The position numbers and the translations under genes were made by a program. A model generated the notes under the pieces. It had not been told where the DNA came from. It was given only the letters and a program-made list of their open reading frames with translations, and did not search any database. Below are positions 55,154 to 64,000 of a DNA stretch of 64,000 bases, one piece after another. The DNA is from Octopus vulgaris (taxonomy: Eukaryota): positions 105,276,001-105,340,000 of the forward strand of contig OX597814.1 in NCBI GenBank assembly GCA_951406725.2, given 5' to 3'. The stretch's first letter is position 1; each line of letters opens with the position of its first letter.

Positions 55154-55167
55154 TATAGGCATATATA

Positions 55168-56436
55168 CAGGGTGCGGTGAATAAATTGTCGCCTAAATTA
55201 CGCAAGAATGAAAATAATTCTGACATCTCATTTTAACAGATATATTTACCGAGGTTACATAAAAATATCTTGAACTACCAAACAGTAAATTTATTCAATA
55301 AAATCACCATTGTCTTCAACCACGGCCTCCAGACAACTTCGGAATCTCTTGCAGCTCTTCTGGGCGGTCTCCCTGTTTAAGTTGGTAAATGCAGCCATAA
55401 TCCTTGCCCTCCTTTCATCTTTGGTGTTGCAAGGAGTTTTGTTGGTCTCTCGCTCAACTGCGCCATACACATTTGGGGGTTGCAGTCTGGGTAGTTAGGT
55501 GGTCAAATGTTAGAAGTGATGTGGTCGCAGAAATTGTTTGAAAGCCCAGACTGGGTTTTCCTGCTTGTGTGGAATGGTGCAGTCTTGTTGCCAGACCTAG
55601 TGATTCCAAGCAACTATCCTCTTGACCCAAGGAAGCACTACCCTCCTCCAGGCGCTTAATGTAGGCCTTTGTATTGAGTCTGAGGCCGTGTGGGAAGATG
55701 AATGGAGAGATAACGTCACCATCAGTAGCGATCACTCCAAACACCATGATGTTGAATGGATATTTGATTTTTATCACTCGCGGTACATATTTTGGGGATA
55801 TGGCAAGCCAGCGGTTATTCTGTATTTACCATCTGATCCTGCAAAAAGTTTTTTTGTCTGAGAAAAACCAAAGCATGTTCGGTTGGAGGAGATGCATGAG
55901 TTTGTTCAAAAGCTTCGAAGCGAGGTTTTTCCTCTTGTCGTTGAAGGCTTGGGATAAAAATTGACCCTTTTTCATCTATGAGAATACTGAATGTCTTCAT
56001 GCACTACCTGCCTGATAAGAAACTCAGACACTCCCATGTCCCTGACGATGGACCTGATTGACTCGGAGGAATTGTTGTCAATCATGGCCTGGATCTCACC
56101 AACAAATTCAGGAGTTCTTTTCTTGTCAGAACGAGCAGACTGAGTTTTCCGAGTCGCTGCACCTTCGTAATCACAATTAAACTCATCCAACTCTATCCGA
56201 ATCCTCTGGACTGTCCTCAGGTTCACAACCAAACCTGAAAAGTTCGTATTAGACTACCGGTGCGAATGCCAAGCAGTACAGTATATCGTTGCCAAATTCC
56301 CGGTAGAGAGAATTGCGTCATGATTCTGTCATTCTCACAGACGGTGCCCAACTGACCCTACAATACATTATAGTTGACAAAATCAAAAACAAACCATGCG
56401 CATGCACGAAAGTAGGAATATAAAATTCGTACCTTG
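55168..56436 (-). mobile_element. Near full-length decayed DD37D mariner (same family as 18310-19198)
   Basis: Left TIR TA-CAGGGTGCGGTGAATAAATTGTCG. Frameshifted transposase fragments include KKRTPEFVGEIQAMID..., QDQMVN and MVFGVIATDGDV. Confidence 0.88.
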
Positions 56437-56577
56437 TATATATATATATATATATATACATACACAATCACACACATATATACAAATATATATATATACA
56501 TATACACGCACAGATTTATAAATGTGTGTGTGTGTTTGTGTGTGTATGCATACATATATATAGAAAGATAGATAGAT

Positions 56578-56610
<33 letters not shown>

Positions 56611-57145
56611 TGCACTTAAGCAGACACTCAAACAAGTAAACCAACGCACAACCCCACACGCATGCACACACCCACACGCGCATGCGCACACATACAGTCA
56701 CGCCATCATAATAATTTATTATATATTTCATTACAATCATTTTATATTTTAATTTCGTTTATTTTTTTTATAAGATATTTCATTTCATAAACTTCTTTCA
56801 ATAACCCCCGCGTCCATCCCTCCCCCTTATATACACGTATACAGAAGCATGCATATTCACACATAGCCTCAAACACACACATAGAAACACTAGCACACAA
56901 ACTCACCGACCCACACACACGCACGCACACACAAACACACGCACACAACCGTTATATGGCAAAAATATTGTAGCTGTTTTTTAGTTTATTCCAAATTCTT
57001 AAAAATGGTAAAACGTTCCAGTTATACTAACATGTAAGCTTATGGCTGATGGAGATAGTGGTGGTGATGGTGGTCTCATGGGCGTGCACTTTGTTTTATA
57101 TGCATATGTATATATATATCTGCGTTCGTGTATGGATGTGTACGC

Positions 57146-57197
<52 letters not shown>

Positions 57198-57201
<4 letters not shown>

Positions 57202-57799
57202 TTAACAATTAAGGATAACTTCTTAATAAGGAATCTTAACAAGAAATTATCAGGTAGTTAGCGTGAAAACCTCATAAAAGAAAAGAATTCGAAAATAATT
57301 TTTTTCTTTTGAACAAATTAATTATATCTATATTGTATAGAGGGCATTATTACACATAAATGCCTCACACTAAGAGGGACAAAGTCATTACTACCAAAAT
57401 TACACTAATCATACCTAAATACAGTTCTTCAAAGCAAGACATTTAAAAAATGAATTTAGTTCTGTATCACCGTGATTTCACATTTAACTTACGTCTTATG
57501 ATCCTCAGCAGAACTGATTCTGAACACCAACCTTACCTAGCGAAGACGAACAGACATCTATTCACTCCGGCCAATACATGGAATGTTTATAAATCATATA
57601 TTCGGTAAATGGCGGGCTTTTTCGAACTGCATGTCGGGAAGAAAAGTATTTCGGAATAAATTTAACAATTAAGGATAACTTCTTAATAAGGAATCTTAAC
57701 AAGAAATTATCAGGTAGTTAGCGTGAAAACCTTATAAAAGAAAAGAATTCGAAAATAATTTTTTTCTTTTGAACAAATTAATTATATCTGTATTGTATA
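57198..57799 (-). mobile_element. Non-coding HHR mini-element with ~142-bp terminal direct repeats (460-bp period)
   Basis: 57198-57339 matches 57658-57799 with 2 mismatches. (TA)n flanks both sides. Confidence 0.82.
57458..57515 (-). ncRNA. Type I hammerhead ribozyme
   Basis: agttctg-CTGAGGA-tcat..atgt-GAAA-tcacggtga-TA-cagaact. Confidence 0.78.
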
Positions 57800-57837
57800 A
57801 AAAATAATATATATTTATATATCTATATTGTATACAA

Positions 57838-57939
<102 letters not shown>

Positions 57940-58364
57940 AACTTACTTGGAAGAGGATGCGTGGGGTTTCGTCATATAATGACAAAATAGTAAATAGAAC
58001 ATATGCATATATACATACATATATGTACGTACCTACATCTATATGTATATATACATGCATATATAGGTGCAAGACACCAAAAAAACGCCTTCGTTTCGCC
58101 TACTCCACGCTTCGAAACGCGGAGTAGACGAAACGGGGGCGGCTGAAGAAGGGGAATTTTCCTTGTGTCGTATGTTTTGTACAATGTTTTTTCGTTGTTA
58201 AAAAAAAATGTCCGTTTCCACGGTTCTGTTTTTATGTTTTCGTTTCTCATTGTGTTTGACGTTTTTTTGGTGTACTGCACCTATATATGCATGTATATAT
58301 ACATATAGATGTAGGTATGTACATATATGTATGTATATATGCATATGTTTTATTTACTATTTCG

Positions 58365-58400
<36 letters not shown>

Positions 58401-59709
58401 AAATGAGATACTCTGAGATCTGGATGACTTTATATTTACAGATATTTATTAATATGTTACATGTTTTTATAAATCATATATCATATAATAGCACTTTCGT
58501 CCACTCTAGTGGAGTTGTCAAATAGAACTTTCGTAGGAATTTTGACTCTTTTCATAGTATTATTGAGTGTGTAGGGGTGGGGAGAGATATAAGATAGTAC
58601 AAGAGGGTTAAGAATGGGGAGAAAGTGAGAGATGGCGTGTGTGTGTGTGTGTATGTGTGCATGTGTGTGTGTGTGTGTTTTTGTATCTGAAAGGGTGTTA
58701 AAGAAAAAGAGAAGGAAAGGAAGAAGGAGAGAAAGAAGGAAAAATTTGTTGATATCTTTGCAGCTGGTTAGTCTTTCAATAATAAGCGATTCTTGGCTTT
58801 TAGCAATGGCAAATCCAGGTGGTCACTCCAAGGGGGAAAATATCACTTTTCAAAAAATTTTCTGGATTTCCTTTTTATCATTGTCTTGTGAGAGAGTGTG
58901 TGTGTATGTGCGCGCGCGTGTGTGTGGGGGGGTGTCTGTGTAGCTGAAAGTAGTGTCAAATGGGAAAGGAGTATGAAAGGAAGGAGGAGGAGAGAATGAA
59001 GAAAAAATGTGTTTACATTTTGCAAAAAAAAAGTGACATTTTGCTCCCCTTAGAGTGACCAGCTGGATTTGCCATTGCTAAAAGCCAACAGTAAAAAAAG
59101 TGCGGAAGACCTAACTGTAGTATGTGTGTCGACCTAATTGAAGGATCGGAGTTCTCCTTCAAACAGGTCAACATTTTAGTGTGAAAAACAACTTCACATG
59201 TTCTTCGGAAAACCTAATACAAAATACGTTTTACCAGAAGGCTGGTCTATTTCACTTTGCCTTTGATAAAATTTTCCAAAATCCCTTCAAGAGACATCAG
59301 CGTAGCTTTTCATTTCATATGCCTTCTGCAATTTCATATGTCATCAATCACTCTAATTATTCTTTTTCATAAATTTCAAAAGAAAAGCTGGAGAGAAATT
59401 CCCTATTCTTGTAGATATTATTTCCTTTTTACAACCCCAAATATTTCTACGGCTTTAAATTCACAGCAACTTTCCAACATGAGAAAATATAATTTCCTCT
59501 TGATTTCTAATGAAATGTCCAGAAACACTGGACAGTTACGGTAATGATTTTTTCCGTAGGTTAAGTGTGAATGTCAGAAGAGAGGCAAGGCACTGCGATT
59601 TACCATAACCAGGATTCCGTGTTCAAGAACAGTAAATACTAATTATACAATTTCATTGAAAAGCTTTGAGTTGGGACGGCTTAAATAAACTGTGTATGTG
59701 TGTGTGTGT

Positions 59710-59773
<64 letters not shown>

Positions 59774-59840
59774 TAAATAAAATGAGACTACATAACCAAG
59801 GCTGTGTGGAATTTTCAGGGCATTTATGAAGAGAAAGTTA

Positions 59841-59887
59841 GTCTTACAGCTGTTTCTTGGATATTAGGGATATCCCTTCATCAGAGG
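59841..59887 (-). ncRNA. Type I HHR (weak stem I) in a small element ~59772-59972
   Basis: ct-CTGATGA-ag-ggata..tatcc-aa-GAAA-cagctg-TA-ag. Confidence 0.6.
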
Positions 59888-60220
59888 GAAACGTAGAGTT
59901 CAATATAGGGACATATTTTGGAAAAGGATGGAAATATGGAATATAGAGGGAAATAGGAGAATGAAAGTAGAAATATATATATATATATATACACATACAT
60001 ACATACATACATACATACATACATACATACATACATACATACATACATAGACAAACACATGCATTTCGTGTTATGCTAAGAAGTGGTGCACGATATTTTG
60101 CAATGTTTTAACTGAGGAAGATCTTCTTATATATTGTATACACCTGAAACGTGCGTATTAAATGATTTCAAAATATCACTGTTTGGTTTGACTTCATTAT
60201 TACAATTATATGCGTTTGCG

Positions 60221-60264
<44 letters not shown>

Positions 60265-60271
60265 TGTGTGT

Positions 60272-60310
<39 letters not shown>

Positions 60311-61000
60311 TGTGTGTGTGAGTGTGTGTGTAAAAAGAAGAAATGGTACTTATGTTTACATGAAAACTTGAAAACACACAGACACACACACAACACACAC
60401 ACACACACACACATATACAGAGTGAGAGAGAAGAGAGACAGACAGACAGTCGGGTAACAAAATTTGTTGCATAACTAATGAACATTTACAGCCAAATTGT
60501 ATTAATATTTTCTGCACCGTTCTGAGAGAAATCCATTTTTTTTTTTCAAAATACATCAACACGAGACAACAAATACTAAATCGAAGAAGACACCAAGTGA
60601 TCCGAGCCCCTCATCGCCTATTTAGGTACCCAGTTATAAATCATTCACTATTCGTAGGCTGCCAATACATTTATATAAGGCATCGACGCACAGACTTTGT
60701 ATATTTCCCCTCCTCCTTCCCTATAAGCAAACCCTCGCTCTCTGACTATAAGACGCAGCTCTGTCGATGTTGATAGCTTCTAGCTGCCTTGCGGTGTTTC
60801 GTCGTGCATATTCTGCAGCTGTACGGCTTCGTAGCTTTAACAACAGACAGGAAATTGATTTTCTACCCCATTAAAGCTTTGTTTCATCGTCAATTTCATC
60901 CGAGTTCATTTCTCATCCTATTATTTCTCTTTAGTCTGCTCTACTTTAAATATCCTTTTCCATTGCCTCGAGATTATTGAAAGCGATTCTCTCTCTATCT

Positions 61001-61057
<57 letters not shown>

Positions 61058-61093
61058 TTTATGCATTAGTGTGTGAGTGCGTGTATATGTATG

Positions 61094-61138
<45 letters not shown>

Positions 61139-61141
61139 CTC

Positions 61142-61240
<99 letters not shown>

Positions 61241-61863
61241 TATATATATATATACACGTATAAATATATTCATACACACACACATATAAAATTATATATA
61301 TGTAATATAAATATATTATATATATGCATATGTGTAGACATACATATGTATATTATATATATACATTATGTATATGATATTTATATAATATATATATATA
61401 TAATATACATATATATACTATATATATATCGTATGTATATATATAATATACATATATATGTGTATATACATATATATACACATGCCACAGACTTTCGTTA
61501 TATATGTAAATATTTACATATACATACACACACTCTCACACATACACACATACACAAGCAGAGAAGGAGAGAGAAAGAAGGAAGAAAAAGGAGTGAGAGC
61601 GTTATAGAGTTTGCAGCGTACGTTCAGATTTACTGATTGGTATATACGCTTGAATATAAACACAAAAGTGTTACAAAGTTCTCTACGCACGGTTTCATTG
61701 TGTGTGTGTGTGTGTTTGTATGTGTATGTGTGTGTCTGTCTGTGCGTGTCTGTGCGCGTGTATGCAAGGAACGAGAGTGAATTACAGAGAATTTCACATA
61801 TATAAAGATTTGCTGGATGATACTTTTAAACATTGGTAAACAAGAAAGAATGACCTGTATGTA

Positions 61864-61929
<66 letters not shown>

Positions 61930-62587
61930 GTGTGAATACGTGCGTATTTAAGTGTATACGTATATATTAAAGAAGGAAAGAGAAACATTAAGAAATACAC
62001 ACACACACACACATATATATATATATGTATACATATAAATACATACTTATCTATCCATTCATTTATATATGATTATATAGCCATATATCTATATATACAT
62101 ACACCCACACACAAATAATTATATTCAAACGCGCCCATATATACATCCACATATATACACATGGCTATATAAGCGTTATGGCTAAATAAAGTGGTTGTGT
62201 ATTGTTATGCTGTGTGGCCTATATAATATATATATATGCCTGAGTATCTCGACGCTACTTGAGTATAATTCGTAGCTAACGATGCTTATCATTTGCATCG
62301 TTTAGTGTTTTCATAAGGTTAATAGAATCTTCTTGAATACTATAACCGCATAGCTTCTGAAGAAGATCATCGAGGAAGAGGCGGGTGGGTGGTAGCAGCC
62401 ATAGTCGGAACTAATTGAAAATTGTTAATGGCAAATTGTAAATATCTAATGTTGAATAACGAATTTGTCGAAGACCGAGTGGAGTGAGTACCTTACTGCT
62501 GACCATCGTTCAACGAACCAGAATTTCCACCGACTAAAAATATTTCTTACTCAAAGACAAAGTACCCGAATTATGGCTTTATACGTA

Positions 62588-62964
62588 CAGTTGCGTCAGA
62601 AATTAATTAGCACTTCTCAAATTTCTACATTAAATAGGTTAAATCAATTAACCTATGAGCTGTTCAAAACGTCTTACGCGATGAGAAAACTTAGTATGGT
62701 GTGATTTCGGTCCTTGCGAGGCGCTACCTATATCTATTAAACAAAGGAAGATTTGTCTGCATCCGCACTCCAATTTGTTGCACTGCTATGCCAACATCAT
62801 AAGGCTGTAGACTCTCAAACTGCTCTGCAAACAAAGTTACGTCATCGTTCTGCGCAACAGTGAACTCGCAACAAAGCAATAGTTCGAGATATGGCCACTA
62901 GGTGACAGCACATACCTTGAGTGAAGAGCAAATCAAGGGTGCTAATTAATTTCTGACGGTAGTG
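62588..62964. mobile_element. Tc1/mariner-type MITE
   Basis: 26-bp TIRs with an identical 20-bp core CGTCAGAAATTAATTAGCAC, and TA on both flanks. Confidence 0.7.
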
Positions 62965-64000
62965 TATATGGGTACAAGAATTACGTAAACTTAAAGACAT
63001 AGACACACAGACGAAACACGTAGGATTACAGTCAAACGAACACAGAGACACACAAATACACGAACACACAGACACACAGATGCAATCACAATGGAATGGT
63101 CAAAGAAGGAAAGCTTGTGCCAGTGACCATTTTCAGTTGCATCTCTGACGGTTGGTTGAAGTAAGAGGTAGACATTCTCAGATCTGTGACCTGATTCCAA
63201 TGCTTGCAACAGACCATATTCTGTTAAAGGCACCCAAATACCAGGTAGTGGTGCTAAACGGTGCCAAACACTCGGTGACTTACGAGGTCTATGTACAGAA
63301 GGTGAACATCGCAATATCAGTTTCTGGGGTCCACTTTGCCTTTCATCCTTTTGGGTCGATAAAATAAGTACCAGTTAAACACTTGGGCCGATGTAATCAA
63401 TTTGCACCCAACCCAGAAATTGCTGGCCTTGTGCCAAAATCTTAAATCAATATTTTATTATTATAAGGCAGCGAGCTGCCAGAATCGGTAGCGCGCCAGG
63501 CAAAATGCGTCGCAGAATTTTGTCCGTCTTTAGTTTTTGAGGGCGACTTTTCCTTTCATCCTTTCTGGGTCGATAAGACAAGTACCAGTAATACACTGGG
63601 GTCAATTCAATCGGTTTACCCTCTTCCTCAAAGTTGCTGGCCTTGTATCAAAATTTGAGACCAATATTTATATCTATCATCCAGTTCTGGCTTAATTTTT
63701 CTAATACTGCATTTGTATAAACCAAGTTTTAAAATATTTCTGATGACGTCAACAAACTGATAAAGAGTAAGTCATAAGACCCACCGATAGATATTCCTCA
63801 CAAAACTAGAGAGTTATTCTTTGCAGGGAGACAATTATTTTTTCAACACAAAAACGACTCCCAAAGATAAATGTGAATCATTCGAGATTTTACAAAGTTT
63901 ATTTACTCCAAGAATCTTAAACTAAATACATCAAAGGCGTAGGAGTGGCTGTGTGGTAAGTAGCTTGCTTACTAACCACATGGTGCCGGGTTCAGTCCCA

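Noticed and set aside
60788-60842. HHR-like stem + GAAA on minus strand
   Set aside because: The core (CTACGAA) is too divergent and there is no stem I.
62350-62435. CTGAAGA as HHR core
   Set aside because: No consistent stems I-III. The same applies to CTGATGA at ~63740 and to 58143.

Overview
This is non-genic, AT-rich eukaryotic DNA, almost certainly octopus. The evidence is the typical octopod tRNA-derived SINE families, the very dense (TA)n/(CA)n/(ATT)n/(GATA)n microsatellites and the transposable-element (TE) repertoire. I find no host protein-coding exon, and nearly all ORFs in the track are microsatellite translations. The main element is a young, nearly intact Penelope-like retroelement (PLE, Naiad-type RT + GIY-YIG, 29371-33365, minus strand). 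It has one frameshift, partial direct and inverted pseudo-LTRs (pLTRs), and hammerhead ribozymes (HHRs). Around it are at least 10 sequence-distinct small non-coding elements. Each carries a type I HHR with its own palindromic stem III, most abut (TA)n, and they occur as terminal direct repeats, fold-back palindromes or fusions to tRNA-like Pol III heads. The best candidate for an under-described system is this diverse population of ribozyme-bearing, PLE-mobilised mini-elements (retrozyme/SINE-like). The rest is remnants of DD37D mariner, Tc1/pogo/hAT MITEs, Helitron, Dong/R4, HERO, RTE and Tx1, plus SINEs. All ribozyme calls are from manual motif and pairing inspection, not tested activity. 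Boundaries of degraded TEs are approximate.
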